DNA of 64,000 bases, from positions 64,001 to 128,000 of the forward strand of contig CAVYHE010000007.1 in assembly GCA_963768305.1 (NCBI GenBank), written 5' to 3'. The position numbers were made by a program, and so were the translations under genes. Positions 10,138-19,212 of this stretch are shown here, piece after piece. Positions within the stretch are counted from its first letter, which is position 1. Each line of letters opens with the position of its first letter. The stretch is from an uncultured bacterium (GTDB taxonomy: Bacteria; Margulisbacteria; WOR-1; CAVSGV01). Under the pieces are notes generated by a model that had not been told where the DNA came from, did no database searches, and saw nothing but the letters and a program-made list of their open reading frames with translations.

Positions 10138-11721
10138 TTATTTTTCTATTCGCGGGAACAGCGGACCGCCTTTATTGACCTTAGCAGCAATTTTCGAGCC
10201 AAATTTCACTGCTTCAGGGCCATCCAGTGATTCTTTCTCAAGCCCGAGCTGTCCGATCATGTTCAAGGCGGTAGACGGCATGAAAGGAGATATCATCGCG
10301 GCGGTAATTCTCAAGACTTCGGCAAGATTGTATATCACGGCCTTCAGCTCTTCGTTCTTGCCTTCCTTGGATAGCTTCCATGGCGCTTCCTTTTCGATGT
10401 AGTTATTGGCAAGATTTATAAGCTTCCATACCGCTGATAAAGCTTCGGAAAACTGAAGCTCATCCATATGCTTCGAATAAGCGCCGGGAGTTTCTTTGGC
10501 AAGCGCCATCAATTGGGAACTATGTTCGTCAAAGTTTGGTTTGGCCGGAACTGATACTTCACCATTGAAATATTTCTCTATCATTGTAAGCGATCTGTTC
10601 AGGAGATTGCCGATGTCGTTCGCAAGGTCAGAATTGAAGCGCGAAATGAGGGCATCCCTTGAAAAATCACCGTCCATCCCGAAAGGCACTTCCCTCAAAA
10701 GGAAATATCTGACCGCGTCAACGCCGAATTCTTTCGAAAGCGCGATGGGATCCACAACATTTCCTTTTGATTTTGACATTTTATGGCCTTCTGATGTCCA
10801 CCAGCCGTGACCGAATATTGTCTTAGGCAGGGGAAGCCCCAGCGCCATGAGCATGCACGGCCAGATCACCGCGTGGAACCTGACTATTTCTTTCCCCATC
10901 AGATGCAGGTCCGCCGGCCATAATCTTTCGAATCGGGGACGGTTGATTTCATATCCCGGCGCGGAAATATAATTTATCAGCGCATCGAACCAGACATAGA
11001 TAACATGCTTATTATCCTCGGCGACGGGAACTCCCCAGTCAAAAGCTGTGCGCGTGACGCTGAGGTCTTTCAGGCCGGAATTAATGAAACTCAAAACTTC
11101 ATTTCTTCTTGATCCGGGCTTTATGAATTCCGGATGGGATTCAATGTGTTTCAAAAGCTCCCTTTCATATTTTGAGAGCTTGAAGAAATAGGTTTTTTCC
11201 TTTATCTTCTGGACAGGCCTTCCGCAATCAGGGCAGAAATTGCCGTGCGGTTCGTGCTCGCTGCCGGCGGTTTTCGCTTTCGGCGTATTTACTCTCGCTT
11301 CCTTCAATTGCATATCCGTCCAGAAGGTCTCGCACGGCGTGCAGTACCAGCCTTCGTATTCGCCTTTATAGATATCGCCTGATTTCAATAGTTTTGAGAA
11401 TACGCTCTGAACTACCTTAACGTGCCGGTCTTCTGTTGTGCGAATGAAATCATTGTATGAGATATTCAAGGCTTCCCACGCGGACTTGAATCGCGTGACT
11501 ATCTGATCGCAGAATGGTTTCGGCTCAAGGCCCTTTGCCTTTGCGGCTTCAGCTATCTTTTGCCCGTGCTCGTCGGTGCCGGTAAGAAAAAAAACATCGA
11601 ATCCTTTTGACCTTTTATATCGCGCCATGACATCCGCAGCGATCGTCGTGTACGCATGGCCGATATGGGGGATATCGTTAATGTAATAGATAGGCGTAGT
11701 TATGTAGAATTTCGGTTTCAT
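10138..11721 (-). CDS. metG: Methionyl-tRNA synthetase (short form)
   Basis: PHIGH and KMSKS motifs, zinc-knuckle CxxC pairs, YVWFDAL. Confidence 0.97.
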   Translation of the reverse strand: MKPKFYITTPIYYINDIPHIGHAYTTIAADVMARYKRSKGFDVFFLTGTDEHGQKIAEAAKAKGLEPKPFCDQIVTRFKSAWEALNISYNDFIRTTEDRHVKVVQSVFSKLLKSGDIYKGEYEGWYCTPCETFWTDMQLKEARVNTPKAKTAGSEHEPHGNFCPDCGRPVQKIKEKTYFFKLSKYERELLKHIESHPEFIKPGSRRNEVLSFINSGLKDLSVTRTAFDWGVPVAEDNKHVIYVWFDALINYISAPGYEINRPRFERLWPADLHLMGKEIVRFHAVIWPCMLMALGLPLPKTIFGHGWWTSEGHKMSKSKGNVVDPIALSKEFGVDAVRYFLLREVPFGMDGDFSRDALISRFNSDLANDIGNLLNRSLTMIEKYFNGEVSVPAKPNFDEHSSQLMALAKETPGAYSKHMDELQFSEALSAVWKLINLANNYIEKEAPWKLSKEGKNEELKAVIYNLAEVLRITAAMISPFMPSTALNMIGQLGLEKESLDGPEAVKFGSKIAAKVNKGGPLFPRIEK

Positions 11722-11748
11722 CAAAGGGAATTATAGCACACGATAAGA

Positions 11749-12860
11749 TTACCCGAAGGTAAAAGTGAACAGCATGGCTCCTGGTTCCCGGATGATCAAC
11801 TCTATCGTATGGCGACCGTAATCGGATCCTTCGATCAGCTTGTAGAGCCTGGCATCTTTAACCGTGACATAACCGTCAACTCCGACATCAGCCCCCGCGT
11901 CAGCGCCAAGAGGCTTTCCGTCCTTCAAAACCTTTATCTTGACGGGCTTATCCGACCTGGCTACCAGATATACGTTCTTTGAGTTATATATATATGTAAC
12001 TAAAGCGCCGGGAGCCTTATTTTCGGCAAATTGGCCGCTGAAAGCCCATGAACCGCCCAAATAAAAAGTGTTTTCACTGAATGAACGCGGCAGCTGAAAT
12101 TGCTGGATGCCGGCAAAGTGAGGAATTCCATTGCCTAGTAAGTCGTTCCTGGCAGAGCCGAAATAAGTTTCTGGACTTTTGACTTTTGATCCGTTCATCT
12201 CGATAGCTTTCGGCTTTGCTATGCCCGTAGGGATAATTTCTTTAATTCCCAGCCGCTGATTTCTCTCTGCCAAAAGTTCCTGAATTTTTTTCTCCATTTC
12301 CGGATATCCGCCTTCGCCGATCTGGTCGAACGCGATGAAGCCGTCGATGTCTATCAGATATTTCCTCGGCCAGTACTGGTTCCTGTAAGCGATCCACGTG
12401 GAATAGTTATTGTCCTGGACGACCGGATATTTAATGCCGAATTTCCTGACCGCCGAAGCTACATTGGCCTTGTTCTTTTCAAAGTCGAATTCCGGCGTGT
12501 GGATGCCGATAATTTCAAGGCCTTTGTCGTGATATTTATCGTACCAGGCGTTTATATACGGCGTCTCGCGCTGGCAGTTGATGCAGGAATATGTCCAGAA
12601 CAAGACCATTATGACTTTTTTCCCGATAAGGCTTTCGATCGTGAAAGGTTCCGTGTTTATGAAACCTGAAGGGTTGACGATCTCCTTTGCCCTTTCATAT
12701 TGATTCGCTTTTTGTTTGATGATCGGATTTTCTGACTTGATCGTTATGCCCGCGGTCGATCCGACGGATCTTTTTCAGGCCTGACGGATTCTAGCCGGTA
12801 GATAGCAGCAACTATCAGTATAACGGCAATTATCAGGCCTATTGTCCGCGCGTTCTTCAT
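11749..12860 (-). CDS. Membrane-anchored thioredoxin-like redoxin (DipZ C-terminal type), frameshift near 12773
   Basis: WTYSCINC, GIHTPEF; ATG at 12860 overlaps the ccdA stop and encodes a TM anchor. Confidence 0.8.
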
Positions 12861-13567
12861 CTTCGCAGTATAAGATCATTGAGTATCTTAAAATTGGCTA
12901 TGAGATTAAGCGACTGCGTGAAAATGAGTATTCCCACAAATATGAGGAAAATGCCGAACAGCACTTTGATATATAAAAGCCATTTATAATATTTTGTTAT
13001 GAGCGTGTTCGCCTGCGCCGTAAAAGCTCCAACTATTAAAAACGGAATACCAAAACCTATTGAATAAGTAAACAGAAGGCTGAACGACATCCAGGGATGC
13101 GTGGCCGCGAGGCCGAGTATGCTCCCAAGCGCCGCGCCGACGCACGGTGACCAGCCTATGGCGAACGACGCGCCGAAAACAAAAGAGGTAAGCATCCTTG
13201 AATTGAACTTAACCCTGAACCTGTATTTCCTCTCAAGGAAAGGGATCTGGAGAAGACCGGTAAGAAAGAGTCCGAAAATTATTATAACAAGTCCGCCCAG
13301 GCGGGAAAGCCACATTTGGACGGAATAAGCGGTGTCTTTCAAAATAGTATTGAGCAAAACCCCCATAACGGCGAAAACGAGCGCGAATCCCAGCACCGAG
13401 AAAACACTGCTCATGAAAAGATCTATCTGCCTGGGTTTTTCTTCGGCGGTTGATGATCCTGCAAGATATGCCAAGTATCCGGGTATGAGCGGAAGGACGC
13501 ACGGGGAAAGAAATGAGATAAGGCCGGCGATGAAAGCAAAAACAAGAGGAATATTAAGCATGTTCAT
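12857..13567 (-). CDS. ccdA: Cytochrome c biogenesis protein CcdA (DsbD TM domain)
   Basis: SFLSPCVLPLIP and GWSPCVG motifs. Confidence 0.92.
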   Translation of the reverse strand: MNMLNIPLVFAFIAGLISFLSPCVLPLIPGYLAYLAGSSTAEEKPRQIDLFMSSVFSVLGFALVFAVMGVLLNTILKDTAYSVQMWLSRLGGLVIIIFGLFLTGLLQIPFLERKYRFRVKFNSRMLTSFVFGASFAIGWSPCVGAALGSILGLAATHPWMSFSLLFTYSIGFGIPFLIVGAFTAQANTLITKYYKWLLYIKVLFGIFLIFVGILIFTQSLNLIANFKILNDLILRR

Positions 13568-13597
13568 ACCTCCTTTTAAGGTTATTGAATTGAAGGC

Positions 13598-13936
13598 TCA
13601 TTTTATTTTATTATGATCGTGCGTTTTCGGCATCATTTCGGGCATCATATTATTCAAGGTCTTTGTCGCACCCTGAAGCGTATACGTGGTATAAACCAGG
13701 ATAAAGGTCAATATTACCAGAGCGATAGATATGACCATTTGCGTCATGTTAACGATTTGCTGCTTATTAAAGCGGTTTATAAGTATCTTTGTGTCGATGT
13801 CATATTTTACTTTATCATATTCCGGGATCCCTGATTCATTTTCCAATGAGATTAATTTCCTCCTTATATCTTCCAGGGAATCCTTGATCGGATCCTCCAG
13901 GAATACCCTGTCTTTCAAGTATTTAATTAAGCCCAT
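13598..13936 (-). CDS. Hypothetical protein, one TM helix
   Basis: 112-aa ORF with upstream AGAGGA; hydrophobic segment VISIALVILTFILVYTTY. Confidence 0.55.
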   Translation of the reverse strand: MGLIKYLKDRVFLEDPIKDSLEDIRRKLISLENESGIPEYDKVKYDIDTKILINRFNKQQIVNMTQMVISIALVILTFILVYTTYTLQGATKTLNNMMPEMMPKTHDHNKIK

Positions 13937-13951
13937 CGGATCCTCTCTTTA

Positions 13952-14150
13952 AATTCAATGAATCAGCATTCTTTTTTCGAACAAGGAAATACTACTATAA
14001 TGAAAAATAAAGTCAAACATGAATGGATTTGGATGTATTATGAAATACACTGTAAAGTTCCTTATTGATATGCAAAAATATTGATAGAGAGCGCCGTCCT
14101 GTTTATATCCGTTATCAAATGGGTCTTTCTTGCCACCATCATCGGGATAT
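13952..14150 (+). pseudogene. Relic copy of the CLC gene 5' end and its upstream region
   Basis: Encodes LIESAVLFISVIKWVFLATIIG vs LIESSVIFISVVKWVFLATIIG of the 15868 gene; upstream AAATACTACTATA also duplicated. Confidence 0.8.
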
Positions 14151-14222
14151 CTGTTGAACATACGCCGAGATATTAATAACTGATATCAAGGAACTGCCGA
14201 TTATAATGATTATAGGACGTTA

Positions 14223-15431
14223 TTAACTATGCTTTTTCAGGTCGAGCATATAATACATGGCCCCATATAAGTTCGTTTCATCAGAATATAATTTCCCTAC
14301 AGTGACCATTGGGGTCTTTGCCCAGGAAGATATTTGATGGAAACGCCTCAGATTAGCCAGGTAGCTCCGCACATGGGGAATGATATACTTGCCAAAATTG
14401 CAGCCTATGCCGGCGGTCAACGCAAATGTGATCGGTTTTGAGTATTCATTGAACCCATCCTGAAGCTTCTGGAAAACATAGCCCAGTATGGTCCCTTCTT
14501 TAGCGAAAATAGTATCGCTGATAGGATCTATTCTCTTGCTTTCATTCAGGATGCGCGAAACTTCCTTGTTATCAATAGTGCGAGAGTTGAATATGTGCCA
14601 GAAAAATGGGCTCTTCTCCAGTTCATTGTAAGTCAACATCGGCGGGAAGCTGCGGAGCCTGTCGCGGAGCGGCTGGTCATCAAGCGCTTTCACGCCTGCG
14701 GCGCCGATAAATCTGTTGAACAGTTTTTGAAGCGCCGGCCCTTTGACCAATGTTTCATAACAAATATCGTTGCCGCTTACATTGTCACCGTCGATCGATA
14801 TCTCGCTTTTAATTCCGCATCCGCATTTGATGGTTAACTTATTCTCGTCTGGCTTTCGCAATAAATCAAAGTAACCCAATTGCTTCACAAGATTTTTCGG
14901 GACAAGCCTGTGTCCCGGCTCAAAAGCGCCCGGGACAGGCACTATACTGTCACCATTCTTTACATAAAGCCTTCCGCCAACTCCGTTGCCGATTATAAAT
15001 GCCATCCCCAGATCGCCGTCGCACAATTTAGCAAGGGCGCCCAACGGGCTGAATTCCGCGTATGCCCCAGCCTCTCCATCATTTATGACGACAACCCTGA
15101 TCTTCCTCCTGAATGATCCTGAAAGCCTGCTCTCCAATTCATGGGCGAAAGGGATGTTTCTTTGCAGAATTCCATTCTGGTTGGGGAATTTAATGATGCT
15201 TTTGTGGTCTTTGTCGACGGGGCCGGCAATGGGAAATATTATAGTATCCTGGTCATCTGTTATTTTTTTCGCCTCTTCGAACGCAAGTCCGATCAATTGC
15301 CGACTGCTGCTGAATTTCAACTCCTTAACAGCCGGTCTGTCGATCATAGAAACTTTTCCTTTTCGATCCGTCCTGAAAGTACCTTTTCTTACCGTTCCTC
15401 CACCAAGATCAAAATGCGAAAATATTGCCAT
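14223..15431 (-). CDS. Divergent ROK-family sugar kinase-like protein
   Basis: FDLGGG, IAGPVD, INDGEAGAYAE, IIGNGVGG, EPGH, CGCG...CYE. Confidence 0.7.
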   Translation of the reverse strand: MAIFSHFDLGGGTVRKGTFRTDRKGKVSMIDRPAVKELKFSSSRQLIGLAFEEAKKITDDQDTIIFPIAGPVDKDHKSIIKFPNQNGILQRNIPFAHELESRLSGSFRRKIRVVVINDGEAGAYAEFSPLGALAKLCDGDLGMAFIIGNGVGGRLYVKNGDSIVPVPGAFEPGHRLVPKNLVKQLGYFDLLRKPDENKLTIKCGCGIKSEISIDGDNVSGNDICYETLVKGPALQKLFNRFIGAAGVKALDDQPLRDRLRSFPPMLTYNELEKSPFFWHIFNSRTIDNKEVSRILNESKRIDPISDTIFAKEGTILGYVFQKLQDGFNEYSKPITFALTAGIGCNFGKYIIPHVRSYLANLRRFHQISSWAKTPMVTVGKLYSDETNLYGAMYYMLDLKKHS

Positions 15432-15503
15432 AACACTTCTGCCTTTCTGTATTAAAAATAAAATGAGAGATTGACCGATTCCATCTCCGCTTAATACAAA
15501 AGA

Positions 15504-15539
15504 TTATCGACAGTTTTGCCCGGAAATTTCACTTTTTTT
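15504..15539 (-). promoter_or_regulatory. Sigma28-like promoter motif, copy 1
   Basis: Minus strand AAAAAAAGTGAAA-TTTCCGGGCAAAACT-GTCGATAA (GAAA-N15-GTCGATAA) upstream of the ROK-like gene. Confidence 0.65.
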
Positions 15540-15593
15540 GAAGATTTTTTTGGCATTTGAGAGTGAGGGGCGGGGGAAATCAGAGGTATCTTT

Positions 15594-15712
15594 CTAACAA
15601 CACCCGTATTTATCGATGAATTCCTGGCTGACCGGCTCCTTGCCCATTTTCTTCAATTCTTTGTTCACAATATCATAAAATACAGGAGTGCAGCAGTTGC
15701 CGATCGGATTCA
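15594..15712 (-). pseudogene. 3' relic of a small Cys-rich (BFD/CopZ-N-terminal-like) gene
   Basis: Reads NPIGNCCTPVFYDIVNKELKKMGKEPVSQEFIDKYGCC*; the 5' part is absent. Confidence 0.45.
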
Positions 15713-15867
15713 ATGAATAGCTTTCCCTTTTCAGCGAGAAAATACTACTATATTGAAAATAAAAGTTAAACCGAATATTAGATAGATCTTAGATGAAAAT
15801 TTTCAAGTTGCTTTTGAAAATGGAAATATACTTTAAAGTTCTCATTTGATATGTTATAAATATTGAC

Positions 15868-17232
15868 ATGCAGAAAAGACTGATAGAAAGTTCCGTCATT
15901 TTCATTTCCGTGGTCAAATGGGTCTTCCTTGCAACTATAATCGGCGTGATAGTGGGCATATCCACAGCTATTTTCATAAAACTGCTTAACATAAGCATCA
16001 CATATTCTTCAAATTATCCTTTGTATTATCTTCTGCTTCCCGTAGCTTTTTTCTTAAGCGCTTTGATGGTGGACATCCTGGCAAAAGATGCCGCAGGACA
16101 CGGCACCGAAAAAGTGATAGAAGCCGTCCATAAACGTTCCGGAAAGATAAACGCGGCTGTAGTGCCAGTCAAGCTGCTTGCGACGATCATAACTCTTGCC
16201 TCGGGGGGTTCCGCCGGAAAAGAAGGCCCTTGCGCGCAGATAGGAGGAGGGCTGTCCTCGATCTTCGCTGATATGTTCAAATTCGGCGACAAAGACAGAA
16301 GGAAGCTGGTTATTTGCGGGATAAGCGCGGGGTTCGCTTCTGTTTTCGGCACGCCGATAGCGGGCGCTATTTTCGGCGTGGAAGTGCTGTTCGTCGGCTC
16401 AATATTATATGACGTTCTGCTCCCGTCGTTTATCGCCGGTGTAACGGCATATCACATATCAACTTCAATGGGGATAACATATTTCAACGCTCCTTTGAAC
16501 TTTGTCCCTGTTTTTTCTGAATCATTTTTTATTATCGTGATACTTTCCGGGATCTTCTTCGGGCTGTGTTCCCTGCTCCTTATAGAGGCAATGAAGTATT
16601 TTGACCTCCTGGCGCGCAGAATAAAGGCCTGGGAACCGCTCAAAGGATTTATCGGCGGGTTTTTCCTGATAATCCTGACGCTTATATTCTCGAAACAATA
16701 TCTCGGTCTTGGACTGGACTCAATACTTTCATGTCTTCACGGTTCGATAGTCCCATGGTATGCATTCTTGATCAAGATCGTTTTCACTTCCATAACGCTT
16801 GCATTTGGCGGAAGCGGAGGGATAGTAACGCCTATATTTTTCGTGGGAGCCACCGCAGGAAGCTTTTTTGCACATTTATTTCATTTGGATCCCGGGACTT
16901 TCGCGGCAATAGGTTTCCTTGCCTTGCTTGCCGGAGCGGCCAATACGCCTATCGCAGCCAGCATAATGGCGGCGGAACTTTTTGGTCCTCAGATAGCTTC
17001 ATACGCCGCGGTCGCCTGTGTGATAAGTTTCCTTATGACCGGGCATAGGAGCGTTTATCCGTCCCAGATATTGTCCATGACAAAATCCGCGTCGCTGGAC
17101 GCCGAGATCGGAAAAAATATTGAGGAAGCGCATTCTGTTTATAATAAACGGGAAAAAGGCTTGATAATGAGGATATGGCAGCTTATCAGGGTCATCATAA
17201 GATCAAATTCTCTTTCCAAAAAGAAAAAATAA
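15868..17232 (+). CDS. CLC family chloride channel/antiporter
   Basis: GHGTE, GKEGP, FGTPIAG, GGIVTP motifs; multiple TM helices. Confidence 0.92.
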   Translation: MQKRLIESSVIFISVVKWVFLATIIGVIVGISTAIFIKLLNISITYSSNYPLYYLLLPVAFFLSALMVDILAKDAAGHGTEKVIEAVHKRSGKINAAVVPVKLLATIITLASGGSAGKEGPCAQIGGGLSSIFADMFKFGDKDRRKLVICGISAGFASVFGTPIAGAIFGVEVLFVGSILYDVLLPSFIAGVTAYHISTSMGITYFNAPLNFVPVFSESFFIIVILSGIFFGLCSLLLIEAMKYFDLLARRIKAWEPLKGFIGGFFLIILTLIFSKQYLGLGLDSILSCLHGSIVPWYAFLIKIVFTSITLAFGGSGGIVTPIFFVGATAGSFFAHLFHLDPGTFAAIGFLALLAGAANTPIAASIMAAELFGPQIASYAAVACVISFLMTGHRSVYPSQILSMTKSASLDAEIGKNIEEAHSVYNKREKGLIMRIWQLIRVIIRSNSLSKKKK

Positions 17233-17266
17233 GCTTAATATTATCGATCATCGAAGGAGGTGAAAT

Positions 17267-17525
17267 ATGAAGATAGATTCAATAAGGCTTGGCGTAGCAT
17301 CCGCTATCACCTGGGCATTCGGCATATTGCTATTGGGCATTCTTGTTTCCTGCTTCCATTGGGGAACGGTATTAATGTTAAGCTTCTCGTCAGTATATAT
17401 GGGATATGGCCCGGGCCTCGTGGGCGTGATCGTTAGGCACGCTTTGGGCGCTGGTTGACGGTTTCTGCGCCGGTTTCATTTTCGGCTTGATATTCAACAT
17501 GCTCCCGAAAATGGGGGACATTTGA
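17267..17525 (+). CDS. Small membrane protein, paralog of 18041..18298 (frameshift near 17435)
   Basis: MKIDSIRLG...YMGYG; second frame continues WALVDGFCAGFIFGLIFNMLPKMGDI*. Confidence 0.7.
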
Positions 17526-17537
17526 GATCGTTGTGAA

Positions 17538-17578
17538 AATAGGCCGAGCTGTTAATGGATCGATATCTCGGCTTATTC
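17538..17578 (+). terminator. Stem-loop downstream of the first paralog
   Basis: AATAGGCCGAG...CTCGGCTTATT inverted repeat. Confidence 0.4.
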
Positions 17579-17666
17579 CATAAAATTCTGGACTTCGTGG
17601 ATGCGTGGCATCTACCGATCTTGAATTGGTAAGGATTTTTCATTTAGAACTTGCTATACTTTTAAC

Positions 17667-18017
17667 GTGAAGAGTATTATTATTTATTTTATTTCTGGCG
17701 GGGCATTTGTCACTCTGATTGTTCTTCTTGAACAAAGCGGTTTTCGTCTGTTGTCAGGGCTCGCCACCCTTGTCCCGGTCTTTACCCTTATCTCGTATAT
17801 TTTCATAGGCGAAGCGGAAGGTGGCCTCGCAGTGAGCCAGCACTCGCAATTCGTCCTTTGGGGAACGATTGTTTCCTGGATACCGTATATGATCGCCATC
17901 GCCTACTTTTCTCCAAAGATAGGCCCGATCAATGCGATCATTGTCGGAATGACCGTCTTTTTTGTTCTGGCGATCGTTTTTCTTTTAATAACTTATCATT
18001 TTAAACTTTTTCAATAA
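17667..18017 (+). CDS. Four-TM membrane protein (GlpM/DUF3147-like)
   Basis: Hydrophobic 116-aa ORF, FISGG...SGLATLVP pattern. Confidence 0.6.
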   Translation: MKSIIIYFISGGAFVTLIVLLEQSGFRLLSGLATLVPVFTLISYIFIGEAEGGLAVSQHSQFVLWGTIVSWIPYMIAIAYFSPKIGPINAIIVGMTVFFVLAIVFLLITYHFKLFQ

Positions 18018-18040
18018 GATCTAAAATAAGGAGGTGAAAT

Positions 18041-18298
18041 ATGAAAATAGATTCAATAAGGCTTGGAGCCGCAATCGGTATCGTATGGGCAGGCGGGATA
18101 TTGGTGCTGGGGATACTTGTCGCGCTCTTCGGCTGGGGAACATTGTTCATGAAGACGCTTGCTTCGATCTATCATGGTTATGGATCGAGTTTGGGAGGGA
18201 TAATAATCGGAACGGTATGGGCGCTGATCGACGGGTTTTGCGCCGGTTTCTTTGTAGGCTGGGTATTCAATTTGCTACCTAAAATGGGGGATATTTGA
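18041..18298 (+). CDS. Small two-TM membrane protein (YxGY...WALIDG type)
   Basis: Strong RBS AAGGAGGT, two hydrophobic helices, duplicated paralog upstream. Confidence 0.75.
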   Translation: MKIDSIRLGAAIGIVWAGGILVLGILVALFGWGTLFMKTLASIYHGYGSSLGGIIIGTVWALIDGFCAGFFVGWVFNLLPKMGDI

Positions 18299-18310
18299 AG
18301 TTTGTATAAT

Positions 18311-18351
18311 ATAGGCCGAAGCATTAACAATGCTTTAATGCACCGGCCTAT
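18311..18351. terminator. Probable bidirectional terminator hairpin between convergent genes
   Basis: ATAGGCCG...CGGCCTAT with inner AAGCATT-AAC-AATGCTT. Confidence 0.5.
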
Positions 18352-18358
18352 TATTTCA

Positions 18359-18562
18359 TTACTTCTTCCCTTTTGTGGATATGCCGAACAACTGATAAAG
18401 AGGACAATAACCCATCAAGCTTGTTATGATAAATATGACTGCGATAACCCCAAGGATAATCGCGGCAATCCCGGATATCATCTTCAGAACATAAAGGAAT
18501 ATTACGACCAGCGCCAGCAGGACCCTGAGACATCTATCCAATGTGCTCATGTTGTTTATCAT
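18359..18562 (-). CDS. DUF2892/YgaP-like membrane protein
   Basis: NMSTLDRCLR...GYCPLYQLFGIST pattern. Confidence 0.85.
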   Translation of the reverse strand: MINNMSTLDRCLRVLLALVVIFLYVLKMISGIAAIILGVIAVIFIITSLMGYCPLYQLFGISTKGKK

Positions 18563-18565
18563 GTT

Positions 18566-19150
18566 TCACCTCCTATAAAGCGTAATTTTTTCAGCAACGA
18601 TGAAATAATGATTTTTGCCAGATATTTTATTCTTAACTATATTGAATCCCGTATCTGCAAGAAGCTTTTGGAGCATATCAGAAGATATTCGCTCAATTAA
18701 GGGCGGCCCGTCTTCTGTTTGCGCCATCTGCCATTCAATGAGCGCAAGCTTCGCGCCTGGTTTCAGTATCCTCTGCACTTCATTAAGGAATGTTCTAGAT
18801 TCGGATAATTCGTGGGCCACCAGTATCATGGTAGCCGCGTCAAAGCTGCTGTCCGGGGCTGGTATATTGCCCGGCGTATTCAGGATAAAAGAAATATTAG
18901 TGTCTTTTGAAGTCTTTTTATTATTGCAGAAATCTATGCTGGCCTGCTGGACATCGAAACCGGTCAATTTGCCGCGTGGTTTGATGTATTCCGCAAATGC
19001 GAAACTGAAATATCCGGAGCCGCATCCGATATCAGCAACTGACATACCGTCCTTAAGCTCAAGTTCTGACGCGATCTTTTTGACGGGGATCTGTGCTGTT
19101 CTGTGAGGATCATCCAGATGCTGCAGTCTGTCCGTATCGAATAAATGCAT
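18566..19150 (-). CDS. Class I SAM-dependent methyltransferase
   Basis: VADIGCGSGYFS motif I, RILKPGAKLALIEW. Confidence 0.9.
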   Translation of the reverse strand: MHLFDTDRLQHLDDPHRTAQIPVKKIASELELKDGMSVADIGCGSGYFSFAFAEYIKPRGKLTGFDVQQASIDFCNNKKTSKDTNISFILNTPGNIPAPDSSFDAATMILVAHELSESRTFLNEVQRILKPGAKLALIEWQMAQTEDGPPLIERISSDMLQKLLADTGFNIVKNKISGKNHYFIVAEKITLYRR

Positions 19151-19212
19151 TATGATATCAATCCTTTTGAATAGGACCGGAGGGGCAAGATCTTGCGCGC
19201 TTTCATCCGAAA

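Noticed and set aside
13955..14161. 68-aa minus-strand ORF
   Set aside because: It is the antisense shadow of the CLC relic.
15868..17232. Fluoride exporter CLC-F with a fluoride riboswitch
   Set aside because: It has GKEGP rather than GREGT and lacks GNNLI; I recognised no riboswitch upstream.
17267..18298. Prophage lysis cassette (holin-like genes)
   Set aside because: No endolysin or other phage genes are nearby.
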